Notes: generated from the letters alone by a model not told the origin. Counted from the first letter of the stretch, positions 1-10,689 are shown. The stretch is DNA of 64,000 nt from an uncultured virus (IMG/VR IMGVR_UViG_3300020047_004915) (IMGVR_UViG_3300020047_004915); one strand, 5' to 3'. Numbers and translations are program-made.

Positions 1-50
1 AGGCTGACAATTTCATCAGGGATAGGCAGATCATCATAAGACTCTTGCAT
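1..50 (-). CDS. N-terminus of the next late structural gene (N4 gp55-like by position), truncated by the window edge
   Basis: ATG at 50 reads MQESYDDLPIPDEIVSL; preceded by GGAG; directly downstream of the capsid gene terminator. Confidence 0.55.
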   Translation of the reverse strand, partial: MQESYDDLPIPDEIVS

Positions 51-74
51 TTTAGTTCTCCAAGGGACAAAGGA

Positions 75-96
75 AAGGGGAGGTTTCCCTCCCCTT
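75..96 (-). terminator. Intrinsic terminator after the major capsid gene
   Basis: AAGGGGAGG-TTTC-CCTCCCCTT hairpin followed by a T-rich run on the minus strand. Confidence 0.75.
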
Positions 97-110
97 AGTG
101 GTGTTACAGA

Positions 111-1655
111 TTACAGGGTGGCAATGGTCTTGATCAAACCAATACGCTCACTACGCAGGATCATGAAGCCGTAGTACCACTTGATGCTCATGAAACCAGT
201 CTCACCGTACGGGTCAGTACGGTCAGCAGTTTCAATCCCCGGCTTCTTGTGAGTGGTAACGAACTTCACAGACTTCCCATCAGTTTGGAAACCAATGGTA
301 GTGAAGGAACCATCACCGATACACAGCATCGGGAACACATCATAACGTCCACCAGTAACATGATGAGTAGTATCCCCTGCAGCATCAGCACCAGCACCAG
401 CCCACTTCATCATCTCAGGAACCACGACGATACGGAACTGGTCAATGGCACCAACTTCACCATTCAACAGGGTACCACCAGCAGCATACTTCTCTACCGA
501 GATGAATGCAGGGTTACTGTGCAGATCGGTCATAGCCTTGATCGTAGGCAGCAACTCAGAACCAATGTAGATGACACGCGAAGAACTAAGTGTCTTGGTA
601 TCTACCAAACGAGTACCCGTGAAGATAGTTGTATTCTTCGGAGTACGGTTGTTATCCAGATCAATGGACAACCGCATCAGATCACCGTAGGTAACGATAT
701 CATCAGTACCACTGGTACCCATCTCAGAGTTCTGAGTAGCATCACCGGCGTAACGAATCGTACCAGCAGAGTTGATCAAGTCAATCTGCAGTGCATCTTC
801 GGTAATTTCATTGGCACCATTCAACAGTTCACGGTTGATGTGCATTTCCAGTTCAGCATCAGAATCAAAGTCCAGAGACTCTTGGGTGTACTCATCGAAG
901 AAACCAAACTTCTCAAAGGTACCTTCCAGTTCCACACGCTTGAAGCCAACACGATTGACACGGCCACCATTCTCAGAGAGAGCAGGCAACTTACCAGAGA
1001 TGGAACCAATATCCTTACTGGAGCCGTACAGATTACCAGAACGCTGAGACTTGATAGAACCACCCACAATCTTCGACGCAGCAAGAGCAGCAGCTTCAGT
1101 TGTGTAGTAAAAGTTCAAGCTGGTGGAAGTAATAACATCTTCTGCCACAGTGAACGTAGTACCCACAACATCTGTGTTCAGAATGGTAGCCATCTGAGCA
1201 TTGGTCTTGGAGGTACCTGCAGTAGCATCACCACCAACAGCAACAGCACCTACTTGCAGCTTCCAACGAGAAGTGTTTGCCACACCATTAGCACAGTAGA
1301 CGTAGTCACCGGCAACATAAGCACGTTTGGCAGTAACACCACCAGTAGCTTCCTGATCCTTGGGACTACCAATCAGACGAGGAATATCCAGCCAGTATTG
1401 AGTGGTAGCGATAGCGACACCAGCAGCATCAATGCCTTGATCATTGATATTGCGGTCATCCAGCAACGGCAGGTAATGATACAGCTTGATCTTCTTACCC
1501 ATGTTCTTGGGCATGGAAGTAACTTCAGCCAATTGGGAGAAGTACTGTTCCTTGCGGATTTCGATTAGCGCCTTCTTCTTGAAGAAGTCATTAACCACCT
1601 GAGTACCAATGGTGGAAGGAGTCCCGCCAAGCGGGTCATTAAATTCACGAGCCAT
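111..1655 (-). CDS. Major capsid protein (N4 gp56-like) with an internal insertion
   Basis: Motifs [55 protein letters not shown] typical of N4-like capsid proteins. Confidence 0.95.
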   Translation of the reverse strand: MAREFNDPLGGTPSTIGTQVVNDFFKKKALIEIRKEQYFSQLAEVTSMPKNMGKKIKLYHYLPLLDDRNINDQGIDAAGVAIATTQYWLDIPRLIGSPKDQEATGGVTAKRAYVAGDYVYCANGVANTSRWKLQVGAVAVGGDATAGTSKTNAQMATILNTDVVGTTFTVAEDVITSTSLNFYYTTEAAALAASKIVGGSIKSQRSGNLYGSSKDIGSISGKLPALSENGGRVNRVGFKRVELEGTFEKFGFFDEYTQESLDFDSDAELEMHINRELLNGANEITEDALQIDLINSAGTIRYAGDATQNSEMGTSGTDDIVTYGDLMRLSIDLDNNRTPKNTTIFTGTRLVDTKTLSSSRVIYIGSELLPTIKAMTDLHSNPAFISVEKYAAGGTLLNGEVGAIDQFRIVVVPEMMKWAGAGADAAGDTTHHVTGGRYDVFPMLCIGDGSFTTIGFQTDGKSVKFVTTHKKPGIETADRTDPYGETGFMSIKWYYGFMILRSERIGLIKTIATL

Positions 1656-1667
1656 GATTGTATCCTC

Positions 1668-2711
1668 TTAAACAAATTTGGGAGATAGTTTGCTGAACTC
1701 TTCGTCAGACAAACTTAACGGATTAAAGTCCGATTTCAAACTGGAAGATGGTGCACTCTTAGGTGGAGCAGCAGCCAACTTCTTATCACGGAGCTTTGGA
1801 TCATCTTCCTTCCTCGGTTTCGGAGGAACAACCTTTGCATTGGGGGTCTGGGTGCCTTGGCGTCCCAAATGGTCAAACCCACCTCGTGCTTGGATTGCAT
1901 CACCAATTTGCCGGTAAGCATCAATGTCACTCAAGCCATTCAACTTCCCAAGTACTCGATTACGCTCCAGTTCCTTCTCAATGATCGGATAAACTCCACT
2001 GGCTACGTGGTCATTTATAATCCGCAAGAGTTGAGGATTCTCAGCAACAATCTTCCTACTTGGTTCATCCCACTGTGTACCAACAACGTCAATGGTTTTG
2101 GAATACGATGGTGTTTCGCTGAGTTCAGCAATAACATCATCCAGTGCCATTTCCTTTTCGTTTACAGTACGTACATTGGGTTTATAACCTTCAGCAGTAT
2201 CAACATCCATTTCCATGGGGTCAATACCACTGTCTTTCACCAACTTCATAATTGCCTTAGGATTCTTCTCCTTTAGGTCAATCAAGAAATTAAGCTCATT
2301 CTCATCCAACAAACCATGAGTGTCAAGCAGCTTCAACACCTTAAGATTAGGTTTAAGTGCTGCCATCTTCTTATTGTAGTTAGCACCCATCTGCATAAGC
2401 GTAAGTGCTTCATCCACAGAAGTTACTTGGATATCCTTACCATTGGCTTTAAACGGAGCCAATAGACGTTGATACTCAGCCTTATAGTCTGGGTCTGTAG
2501 TCTCAGCTTCAGGAGTCTCTGTAGTGGTTTCTTGTGCTGAAGTCTCAGACTGTTCTTCTGTGTCTTCTTCTGAAGTCTCTGTAGGGGCGGTAGCTTCGGG
2601 AGGATAACTGTGTTGTGAGATATCCTCATCAGACATACTCAAGAAGTCTTGAGTTTCAACAACCTCAGGAGTCTCAATAGACTCAGTGCTTTCAATGGCT
2701 TCAGTAGTCAT
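1668..2711 (-). CDS. N4 gp57-like structural/scaffold protein
   Basis: Acidic N-terminus, PFKANGK and LMQMGANY motifs, position between portal and capsid. Confidence 0.85.
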   Translation of the reverse strand: MTTEAIESTESIETPEVVETQDFLSMSDEDISQHSYPPEATAPTETSEEDTEEQSETSAQETTTETPEAETTDPDYKAEYQRLLAPFKANGKDIQVTSVDEALTLMQMGANYNKKMAALKPNLKVLKLLDTHGLLDENELNFLIDLKEKNPKAIMKLVKDSGIDPMEMDVDTAEGYKPNVRTVNEKEMALDDVIAELSETPSYSKTIDVVGTQWDEPSRKIVAENPQLLRIINDHVASGVYPIIEKELERNRVLGKLNGLSDIDAYRQIGDAIQARGGFDHLGRQGTQTPNAKVVPPKPRKEDDPKLRDKKLAAAPPKSAPSSSLKSDFNPLSLSDEEFSKLSPKFV

Positions 2712-3061
2712 TATTGTTCTTCTCCATTAGGATTTTGACGAATCCAATCCAGTGTTTCATTATCTGCTTCGATAGTACGGGCTGCTTGTCGTCCCAGGAA
2801 TTCAATCGTAGTCAGAAAAGAGTTTAAACCGCCCAAGGCATCAATCTGCTTCTCAATGGAAGCTTGATTCATAGGAGTCTGCATAGCAGGTTCTGCTTTC
2901 AGATACACAAGACGCAATGCTTCTTCAATCAAATACCCTTGAGTAATCACAGCATGGAAGTCTCTATTCTTACGTAGGCGTTCCAGTGACTGTGCTAAAT
3001 CCACCTTAACCTGTGCAGCTTTAATACTATGCTGCAATTGTTCTACTTGGTACTCACTCAT
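2711..3061 (-). CDS. N4 gp58-like protein
   Basis: 116-aa helical protein at the conserved position downstream of the portal. Confidence 0.7.
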   Translation of the reverse strand: MSEYQVEQLQHSIKAAQVKVDLAQSLERLRKNRDFHAVITQGYLIEEALRLVYLKAEPAMQTPMNQASIEKQIDALGGLNSFLTTIEFLGRQAARTIEADNETLDWIRQNPNGEEQ

Positions 3062-3131
3062 TTGGCTTATGCCTCTCAGTTGGAGTTAATTACAAGGGGA
3101 GTATATCCTCCCCTTTCCCATTATGGAATAG

Positions 3132-5306
3132 TTAGCTACGTCCAGCTTGCAGCTTCATATACTCCTTGGCAATATCATAACCACGATCTTCTAATTGAAA
3201 GTTTCTCTCCATCTCCTTCAGTTTCATCTGGCTACGTGCCTGTTCACCATGCAACTCCTTAGCACGTTCCTGCTTAACACCAGACTCTTGTTCCACAAAG
3301 TCCAAGTTCTTGATATCAGTATCTGCCTTGATATTACCAGCCTTGACTTGTTCAGTACCTGCCTTAGCCTGTTTAAGCTGAGCATCTGCCATCTCATTAG
3401 CCAACTGTGCTTGTAACAGTTGAATCTCCAACTGTGCTTTCTGTTGAGCCAACGGATCAGGTTGAGGCTGATACTTCTCCAACTTCTTAGCCAAGTCAGG
3501 CATCTTACGTAGTCGAGCAATATCAGACAGGATCATAGTAAACATACCAGTATCCATACTGTTACCGACTGTCTGCAACATGAAAGCCAATTCCTGTGCC
3601 TTGTTGTTATCTTCCTCTGCAGTAGAGATAGACAACTTCAGGTCAAAGTTACCGGGAAGATCATCTCTCCGAATAGCCACAAACTGTTCATTGGATACCC
3701 GAATGATTTCCTCATCGGAAAGGAACTCAGCATTCATGGCAATGATCTTACGACCGATCTCAATGATGCCCTGACTCAACCTACGCAGGATACACAACTC
3801 ACGCTTAGAAGCTGCATCCAGTGCTCCTCTGACCCCTGCAGCTACATCCCCCAATGACTGACCACTGACACCTTGACTGAAACTTTTCACACCAGTCATG
3901 GACTCAGCATCCTGACTCATCAAGCCAAGCATAAACTGAGCAGATGCAGGTATCTCAGGGAAGACATGCATGTGTACACCCTGTCTTGGGTCTACCTGAG
4001 GATTGAACTCATAGTCTTGCCCTGAGTCATACTTACGTCTATTGGTTACATCCAACATATCCTTACGAATACCTGTCTGACCATTAGCTGATTTACCTAG
4101 AATATCAATCATACCCCGTGTAACAGCACCAATGATCTTCTGGTTATCTTCCAGCAATGAACCATCAGGTTCACCATAGACGCTGTTCTTAACAGGTAGA
4201 TAAGGCACCACTACAAAGGGAAGCTTCTTATCTGGGAATGGATTCTCTTCCATACGGATGATTTCATCACCAACCCAACAGCATACAAAAGGTTGTGTCT
4301 TACCTTCATCATTGATATCCCAATAGCCCCAATACTCATACACGACAAACTTCTTACGTGCATTGTCATTGTAGGTGAAGTTCTTACTACCTTCAGGAGT
4401 AGCATGATCAGGTTCAGCAAGTACACTCACATTCTTGATGTTAATCTTATCTAGGTTATGGTACTTACCTGCCTTACGTAACTCAGATAAACAAGACTCA
4501 TACCTGTAAATCACAAAGTTAGCCTTAGAGATATCCCCCTTACAGGTAGGATCAATAATCACATTCCTATAATCACATACCTCAACTGTAGGTTGATTCT
4601 TCACTACTCGTACAGCTTTCTCCATTGTTGTACCCAATACCACAGGCTCAATGGGCTGTCCTAACTCCATAGACATATCATGTGCCATCTTCAATTCATC
4701 AGGCACATCTGTGGCGTATTGGCTTGGAGATTCCATCTTCAACTGTTCAAGTTGTTGGTGTATCTCCATGTATTCTGGATTCATCCTGAACTCTAGCTGA
4801 GGAACCTCTTTCTCATACTCCTCTTCCTCAAACTCCCAACCAACACGAGCAACAATAGTTCCTTCATCAACACCAGCACGTACATAGCTATCAATGAATG
4901 TAACCTTGTTCATCTTGGTATTGAACTGATTATTCAACACAATCTGATTCTGTTTAGCTGATTCTGTATCCTCCCAAGTAACAGGAGTGACATTGAACAA
5001 ATCCTCTGTACTGAGGAATGGTTCAGTCAATGCTGGGTATCTCCACTCAGCTTGCTTACGAATAAGCTTAGGAACAATCTTGGAAGAGTTCTTGGCTGTC
5101 TTAACTACAGCCTTACCCCTCACATGCATGTTATCAAGCCATTCATCAATCTTACTGCACTGAGCCTCATGCACCATGTTTGCTTCTTGGTAATCAAGCT
5201 TCAAGTCAGCCAGCTTAGGAGGAGTCTTCCAATCCACTTTCCACTTATCGTCTGGAGTAACCTCATCCAAGTCCATATCATCTTCATCTTTCATAGCAGT
5301 ACCCAT
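3132..5306 (-). CDS. Portal protein (N4 gp59-like); start may be 5294
   Basis: PKLIRKQAEWRYPALTEPFL, GALDAASKRE and DLKLSISTAEED motifs; coiled-coil C-terminus. Confidence 0.93.
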   Translation of the reverse strand: MGTAMKDEDDMDLDEVTPDDKWKVDWKTPPKLADLKLDYQEANMVHEAQCSKIDEWLDNMHVRGKAVVKTAKNSSKIVPKLIRKQAEWRYPALTEPFLSTEDLFNVTPVTWEDTESAKQNQIVLNNQFNTKMNKVTFIDSYVRAGVDEGTIVARVGWEFEEEEYEKEVPQLEFRMNPEYMEIHQQLEQLKMESPSQYATDVPDELKMAHDMSMELGQPIEPVVLGTTMEKAVRVVKNQPTVEVCDYRNVIIDPTCKGDISKANFVIYRYESCLSELRKAGKYHNLDKINIKNVSVLAEPDHATPEGSKNFTYNDNARKKFVVYEYWGYWDINDEGKTQPFVCCWVGDEIIRMEENPFPDKKLPFVVVPYLPVKNSVYGEPDGSLLEDNQKIIGAVTRGMIDILGKSANGQTGIRKDMLDVTNRRKYDSGQDYEFNPQVDPRQGVHMHVFPEIPASAQFMLGLMSQDAESMTGVKSFSQGVSGQSLGDVAAGVRGALDAASKRELCILRRLSQGIIEIGRKIIAMNAEFLSDEEIIRVSNEQFVAIRRDDLPGNFDLKLSISTAEEDNNKAQELAFMLQTVGNSMDTGMFTMILSDIARLRKMPDLAKKLEKYQPQPDPLAQQKAQLEIQLLQAQLANEMADAQLKQAKAGTEQVKAGNIKADTDIKNLDFVEQESGVKQERAKELHGEQARSQMKLKEMERNFQLEDRGYDIAKEYMKLQAGRS

Positions 5307-5320
5307 TCAATCAGTGGAAG

Positions 5321-6064
5321 TTACACCCAACCATTACGTTCAATACGATTTGGCTGGCTTACTTGGTCGATACGTATGTTATCACGCTCCAAGGAAGCAC
5401 AGGCAAGTTCATACTTGGCAGCATAACTGTTCCCTGAATGGAACTCATTGGTCATACCTAGAGGATTATTCACACGGCTTGCTACAAAGTAACAGAGAGC
5501 TTCAAGATACTGATACGGAAGGTCAATCTCTACAGTTTCAGCCCTATACATCCCAACCCCAGGAACCAAATAAGGATGTGCTGCACGGTATTGTACAGTA
5601 AGAGTGTCAGTGAGGTACTCAATAGGTGTAGTTGCCAGACGATTAACGATATCAATAGGGACTCTCAGCGTACTTAGGCTAGAAGTACTCAAGGAAAACT
5701 CATCTGCCTCATCATTTAGAGGTAAAACCACACCATCTTGTGTCAAGACCCTCTCAATCTTCATCAAATCATTGAGATATGGGGAACTTGCATCAAGAAT
5801 GTACTTAACAGGCTCAGTGGAAGCAGTATTACTGGCACAATACTTCAAATGTATAGGGTAATTCACCTGATCTGTCTGCATATCCACTACAAATTCCCCA
5901 TGTCTGATAGGGAATCGTGTATGTAAAGCAGCTAAACCAAGGTTAATACTGGATACCAACCGATCATAGTTAGCATCCTCGATAGTTCCAGCACCAGAGT
6001 TACCAATAGCCATCTGGCTAAGCTCTCCATAGGAGAGTTGTGTGAAGATTTCAGAGAGTTTCAT
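5321..6064 (-). CDS. Virion structural protein (N4 gp67-like)
   Basis: MKLSEIFTQLSYGELS start and FVASRV...YAAKYELAC motif; directly downstream of the terminase. Confidence 0.8.
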   Translation of the reverse strand: MKLSEIFTQLSYGELSQMAIGNSGAGTIEDANYDRLVSSINLGLAALHTRFPIRHGEFVVDMQTDQVNYPIHLKYCASNTASTEPVKYILDASSPYLNDLMKIERVLTQDGVVLPLNDEADEFSLSTSSLSTLRVPIDIVNRLATTPIEYLTDTLTVQYRAAHPYLVPGVGMYRAETVEIDLPYQYLEALCYFVASRVNNPLGMTNEFHSGNSYAAKYELACASLERDNIRIDQVSQPNRIERNGWV

Positions 6065-6071
6065 GTATCAC

Positions 6072-7691
6072 CTATACAATGTAGGAACCAATACGAGGAT
6101 TTTCCACCACATCTTCCTCAATGTCCCACATGTTACTATGTCCAGAGTGAGACACCAACGTAGTTTCTTCACTTGGTTTCCATGCCTTCATACTGGAAAG
6201 CATTGATACCGTATCAATGAAGTCATCATGCTTACTCTTGAAGCCACTCACTGAAACCAAACTCAGTTCATTCAACCCTTCAGCCAAGGTAGGTTCACTC
6301 TTCTTCTCCAATGGGAAGAACATCTTATGTGCTTTGAACAGTGGAACCATGGTATTGAAGCGTGACATCTTGTTTGTGTTAGGACGCATACCCGGCTTGT
6401 TGTCATTCCCATCTGAAGCCAATGTGAAATACACATTTCGGTTCATCATCTGTTCCTGAAGCCAAGGAATGAATCCTCCCTGTTGTCCTGTCACTTCAAT
6501 ACCAACAGCCTGTGGCTTGTACATCTGAACCAATCTGAACAGATCATCAATGTTCTTATTCATCAACTGACGTTGGCAGATACCATCAACCCAAAACCAA
6601 TCACCATTGTTATTGTATGCCCAGACACTGATCACACTGAAGTCACTACTCTGTCTCTCACTGGTAGCAAAGTCAGTAGTGATATAGAAATTGAACTTAC
6701 CCTTGTTCCTAATCACAGCATCAATGAAGTACCACTGAAGATCACTATCCAGAATAACTCTATCTTCTTCACTCATGATACGTAGCATCAACTCTTGGTT
6801 AAAGGAGTTCACCTTACCCGTCTTTATTGCATCATCATACTGGCGTTTCACGTACTCATATGTAAAACGATCTGGCCATGCAGCTTTAAACTCTTCCCTA
6901 CTACAAGGAAACTGTTCACACACAGGAAACACATTCACAACCCATGCACCTGAACCTACTGCCTTATACACTGGGTCTTTAGCATTAAAAGGGGTACCAC
7001 TCCAGATCACCATATTGATCTTAGGATGCAGGGCATAGTTCACTGCCTTGTACACCGTATCTTCTACGGCAGCGATTACAGTAGCAGACCTTGCATCTTC
7101 ATCGCTTATCAAGTCATCCAACACTGCCAATCTAGGCCGTGTATTCAACTCCACCGTACCCCGAACACCTGTCTTGGCACCATGACCTGTAACCACAAAC
7201 TCCTTACCATCAGCATTCTTGAAGTACCAACGAATATCTGTGAACTTGGCTTCAGGAAGATACGTCATGAGGAAAGGACTATTCTCCCTTCTCCTCTCAA
7301 GACGTAACCGCATCTTCTTCACACCATTCTCTACACTGTCTGAGATATACAAGGCATAGATTACATCCCCAAATCCAGGAAGCTCACCATACACAGCAAT
7401 GTACAGAAACAGATACTCTGCCATTACTGTTGTCTTAGCACTTCCCCGATAACATAGATTAACAATCCTAGCCCCCCTCTCTGTCAACGTATCAAGCATA
7501 TGGTAGTGAACAACAGGGGTAAGATTCTCCTCACCCCTACCACCATTAACCAACTTGATGAACGTAACAAACTCTAGTGCAAAATCACTAGGCACATAGT
7601 TAGGATCAATGCTGTAATCAATATTGTTGAGGTAATCCTCTACCTGCCAAGGCATACCATCAGCGTGTAGCTTACTCATTTTCTGTACCAC
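6072..7691 (-). CDS. Terminase large subunit (N4 gp68-like); start may be 7679
   Basis: Walker A-like RGSAKTT, Walker B LAVLDD, GTPF coupling motif, nuclease motifs TTDFA and HDDFID. Confidence 0.95.
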   Translation of the reverse strand: MVQKMSKLHADGMPWQVEDYLNNIDYSIDPNYVPSDFALEFVTFIKLVNGGRGEENLTPVVHYHMLDTLTERGARIVNLCYRGSAKTTVMAEYLFLYIAVYGELPGFGDVIYALYISDSVENGVKKMRLRLERRRENSPFLMTYLPEAKFTDIRWYFKNADGKEFVVTGHGAKTGVRGTVELNTRPRLAVLDDLISDEDARSATVIAAVEDTVYKAVNYALHPKINMVIWSGTPFNAKDPVYKAVGSGAWVVNVFPVCEQFPCSREEFKAAWPDRFTYEYVKRQYDDAIKTGKVNSFNQELMLRIMSEEDRVILDSDLQWYFIDAVIRNKGKFNFYITTDFATSERQSSDFSVISVWAYNNNGDWFWVDGICQRQLMNKNIDDLFRLVQMYKPQAVGIEVTGQQGGFIPWLQEQMMNRNVYFTLASDGNDNKPGMRPNTNKMSRFNTMVPLFKAHKMFFPLEKKSEPTLAEGLNELSLVSVSGFKSKHDDFIDTVSMLSSMKAWKPSEETTLVSHSGHSNMWDIEEDVVENPRIGSYIV

Positions 7692-8590
7692 TTACGTTGT
7701 TGGTCTGGAACCTCTGTCCATGCTTTCATTGCATTAGTAATATCACCTTCACCCACCACATCTTGAATAACTCTAACAAAGTCACCCCACATAGTATCCC
7801 CCGGAAGAGTGCGCTTGATATGCCGTGGAGTTGTCTGATCTAGAGTATGTGCAGCATCAATCAACTGCAGATATTCCTTTGAAGTCAAACCAGCTTGTTT
7901 AATATCCTCTTCTGTAATATTCCTATCTCTCTGCAATATAGGTGGCCCTACATACTTAAGACTTTCGGTATCTTTCTTAGCATACGGAGCAGCCTTATTC
8001 ATTATACGCTTTAACATACCAAAGTCAGGTGGGGCTATTGACCTATGCCCATAGAATGAATCCATATGTTCTACATCAGCACCATCCTCTGCACCGACTA
8101 TATGATTGCCTTCATGCCTCAACACACTAGGTAAAATAGGATTTCCCTTCTGTGCTGCTTCTCCAGAGAAGAATGCACGTTCTGGAATACCTGTCTTGGC
8201 ATCACTTTGTATAGCAGCCCACGAATCCATAGGTAGAGCCATATTCTGCATACCATAACCAAGAGGCACATATCTGGGTAATGTCCTTAAACCAGCTAAG
8301 CCAGCCCTAGACCAAGCATCCTGACTGTACTTAGCCATCTGTGTTTTATCATTCAACACAGCATCTACATTACCTAAACTTACAGCACTTCTTCTCTGCA
8401 TCTCCGCTACTGTTTCTGGAGGAATATCTTTCTGTATTCTTTTCAAATCAGCTTCATACTCTGAATAATCACTACCACTCTGAAAGTATTTACCTAACGC
8501 ACGCCTACTGAGAGACTCTGCCATGTCCATCTGAGGAGCATACCGCATAGTTTCTCCACCACCACTTTGTAACCCTCTAGACTCAGCCAT
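7676..8590 (-). CDS. Hypothetical protein with an HExxH motif
   Basis: ATG at 8590 overlaps the upstream stop; contains VLRHEGNH; no Cys seen. Confidence 0.75.
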   Translation of the reverse strand: MAESRGLQSGGGETMRYAPQMDMAESLSRRALGKYFQSGSDYSEYEADLKRIQKDIPPETVAEMQRRSAVSLGNVDAVLNDKTQMAKYSQDAWSRAGLAGLRTLPRYVPLGYGMQNMALPMDSWAAIQSDAKTGIPERAFFSGEAAQKGNPILPSVLRHEGNHIVGAEDGADVEHMDSFYGHRSIAPPDFGMLKRIMNKAAPYAKKDTESLKYVGPPILQRDRNITEEDIKQAGLTSKEYLQLIDAAHTLDQTTPRHIKRTLPGDTMWGDFVRVIQDVVGEGDITNAMKAWTEVPDQQRKWYRK

Positions 8591-8748
8591 CACTCTACCC
8601 TCTTGCACTTGGCATAGTACTCAAACACTTCTTCATAGGTAGCAAAACCTCTTGGCTTAAACCACCACTCCCAGAACCACCTATCCACAGCAATCTTCAC
8701 TCCCGGATACTCAGGGTGATACAACAGTGCTTGCCTACGTAGCTTCAT
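8590..8748 (-). CDS. Small aromatic-rich hypothetical protein (52 aa, not in the ORF track)
   Basis: MKLRRQALLYHPEYPGVKIAVDRWFWEWWFKPRGF...; start and stop overlap both neighbours (ATGA, TGATG). Confidence 0.6.
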   Translation of the reverse strand: MKLRRQALLYHPEYPGVKIAVDRWFWEWWFKPRGFATYEEVFEYYAKCKRVE

Positions 8749-9104
8749 TTGCTTTCTCCACGTAAGAACTCTTCATCACTCATCATAAACACAGGAATGA
8801 TGATCTTTGATACTGGCTCTTTACTCTCTTCCACCCCCTGTTTGATGAAGTATTCTTCCGGTGTCAATTCTCCTGTTACCTTGAGATACGCTTCCTTAAG
8901 CATCTGGAACCTACGCTCCAAATCCTTGATCTCCCGCTTATGCTGAGTGTTCAGTGTATGCAGTTTGTCTATGTACAGTCTCTCCTTAAAGAACGTCAGC
9001 AGAAACCAAGCACAGAACCTAACCCATAAAGGTTCATCCACAAGGTAAACCTTTCGATCATCATATAGATAAACCAATCTCAAGTACATGTAATCAAACA
9101 TCAA
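8745..9104 (-). CDS. Hypothetical protein
   Basis: 119-aa ORF overlapping both neighbours. Confidence 0.65.
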   Translation of the reverse strand: MMFDYMYLRLVYLYDDRKVYLVDEPLWVRFCAWFLLTFFKERLYIDKLHTLNTQHKREIKDLERRFQMLKEAYLKVTGELTPEEYFIKQGVEESKEPVSKIIIPVFMMSDEEFLRGESK

Positions 9105-9780
9105 TCACCTCGGCTTCTATCACTTTCGTATGGGCAATCCCCTGTGCATTACTCATCCCGCTTTGGATCATCAATCTCTGCTGTGCTGCCAGTTCCATCG
9201 TAGCTTGTCTCAATGCAGCAATGCTACCATCTTCCTTCATGCCAATCTCCAACTCAATCTTCTGAGTCTCAGGCATCTTCAGGTGCAACAACAAACTATT
9301 CGCTGCATCACACCGTACCTTCTCGCTATTCGCTGAAACCATCAGCTCAGCCTGCACATTCAAAGCCTTCTGATACAAATCCTGATTCAACACATAACTA
9401 GGAACCAATGTCTGCTCAAAGATCAGGTTCACCAGCTTGCTCTTATTGTATGCAGTCACATAACTTGCAATATCCTTGCTTGCTATCCCTTGAGCCAAGA
9501 ACCCCTGATACTTCACAGGGAATGTCTTCACATAAGCATCAAGGTTAGTACATCCCAACAACTTGTGACTAACATACTTCACTGCATTCACATACTCAGC
9601 AATCTTAAACCTACCATCAGCCATCACCCTCGTATAACTGATCAAGTTGTCCCTATACTGCTCATACATCTCAGGATCACTCAGAGTATTGTTAATACTA
9701 TCAATGAGTTCCTGATTCACTGTCTTCTTGACTTTCTCAGGCAAAGCCTGCTTGAACATCTCAACTGTCAACATAACCAA
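9094..9780 (-). CDS. N4 gp69-like protein (possible terminase small subunit)
   Basis: YVNAVKYVSHKL, YNKSKLVNLIFEQTLVP and SEKVRCDAANSLL motifs; first gene of the late block. Confidence 0.85.
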   Translation of the reverse strand: MVMLTVEMFKQALPEKVKKTVNQELIDSINNTLSDPEMYEQYRDNLISYTRVMADGRFKIAEYVNAVKYVSHKLLGCTNLDAYVKTFPVKYQGFLAQGIASKDIASYVTAYNKSKLVNLIFEQTLVPSYVLNQDLYQKALNVQAELMVSANSEKVRCDAANSLLLHLKMPETQKIELEIGMKEDGSIAALRQATMELAAQQRLMIQSGMSNAQGIAHTKVIEAEVIDV

Positions 9781-10062
9781 TCCCCTTCAGAGTATCGGCT
9801 TAGTATAGTCAAAATTATCCAACAATATACATTAGAAACACTTTGTTACATCTTAGGACTAGGAGAACTCATTATTATTCTGTGAGAGGGTACAGATACT
9901 TAGGGTTGGGGAGTTTGAGTATATTTTGTATCGCAGGGTCTGTAGGTTTTTTCATTTTGGGTACAACCTTAGGGCTACACACACAACCCCACAGAAATAA
10001 ATTACACCCCCCCCCATCGGAGGTGGCGTACACCGTACCCTAGTCCCCCATAGATCATCATC

Positions 10063-10082
10063 ATCCTTCGGATATGAGGTGG
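10063..10082 (+). promoter_or_regulatory. Candidate virion-RNAP hairpin promoter E1
   Basis: ATCC-TTC-GGAT hairpin (GAA loop on the template strand) followed by ATGAGGTGG. Confidence 0.75.
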
Positions 10083-10110
10083 GATTTCCCCAACTAACGG
10101 AGTCAACATC

Positions 10111-10338
10111 ATGCAACGCTTCCTGTTCGTAGTGATCCTTGTAGTACTGGTACTGGTCATCCAAAGCCTGTTTAGTATCACGCTGCTTGCAGCAGAACAC
10201 AGTACAACGGTGATAACCGTTGGCTTCGGTATCACCACTGGAATTACCAGCATATTTCTATGCGGGTACGCCGTCATGGGATACCGGTTCATCAGATCAC
10301 CACTCATGGTTAAACATCAACGGATGTTCACCAAATAA
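10111..10338 (+). CDS. Early small membrane protein
   Basis: GGAG RBS; two hydrophobic segments; lies between promoter E1 and a terminator. Confidence 0.6.
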   Translation: MQRFLFVVILVVLVLVIQSLFSITLLAAEHSTTVITVGFGITTGITSIFLCGYAVMGYRFIRSPLMVKHQRMFTK

Positions 10339-10343
10339 ACAAC

Positions 10344-10365
10344 AAGGGAACCTAACGGTTCCCTT
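10344..10365 (+). terminator. Terminator-like hairpin
   Basis: AAGGGAACC-TAAC-GGTTCCCTT right after a stop codon. Confidence 0.6.
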
Positions 10366-10409
10366 AACTGCGCTACACACATTTACCCTCCAGACCCCCT
10401 TACATCATC

Positions 10410-10430
10410 GCCCAGTCGGGCATGAGGTGG
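10410..10430 (+). promoter_or_regulatory. Candidate virion-RNAP hairpin promoter E2
   Basis: GCCC-AGTC-GGGC followed by ATGAGGTGG. Confidence 0.7.
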
Positions 10431-10470
10431 AGATGCGACAACACCGTCAGCATCCCAAGTCACAGGAGTC

Positions 10471-10689
10471 ATGGCTATGACTAAGCCAGTTGTTGTAAAG
10501 AAGCCCGGTATCGGGGCAGCATTCAAGGCTCTCTGGAGCGTCGTCATCACCATCCTCGAAGCATTCGAGGCATACGCTGCGGCCTTTAAGGAAGTTGGCG
10601 AAGTGGCGAAGATAACGGCCACCAATTACCGTGAAGAAGCGGAGCTTCTGCATGAACAGGAGATGCAGGCACTGCGTGACGAGAAGTAA
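10471..10689 (+). CDS. Early hypothetical protein
   Basis: AGGAG RBS; 72 aa, amphipathic; flanked by promoter E2 and a terminator. Confidence 0.75.
   Translation: MAMTKPVVVKKPGIGAAFKALWSVVITILEAFEAYAAAFKEVGEVAKITATNYREEAELLHEQEMQALRDEK

Noticed and set aside
249..1568. 439-aa plus-strand ORF
   Set aside because: Antisense shadow of the capsid gene; no RBS or motif; expected from codon bias
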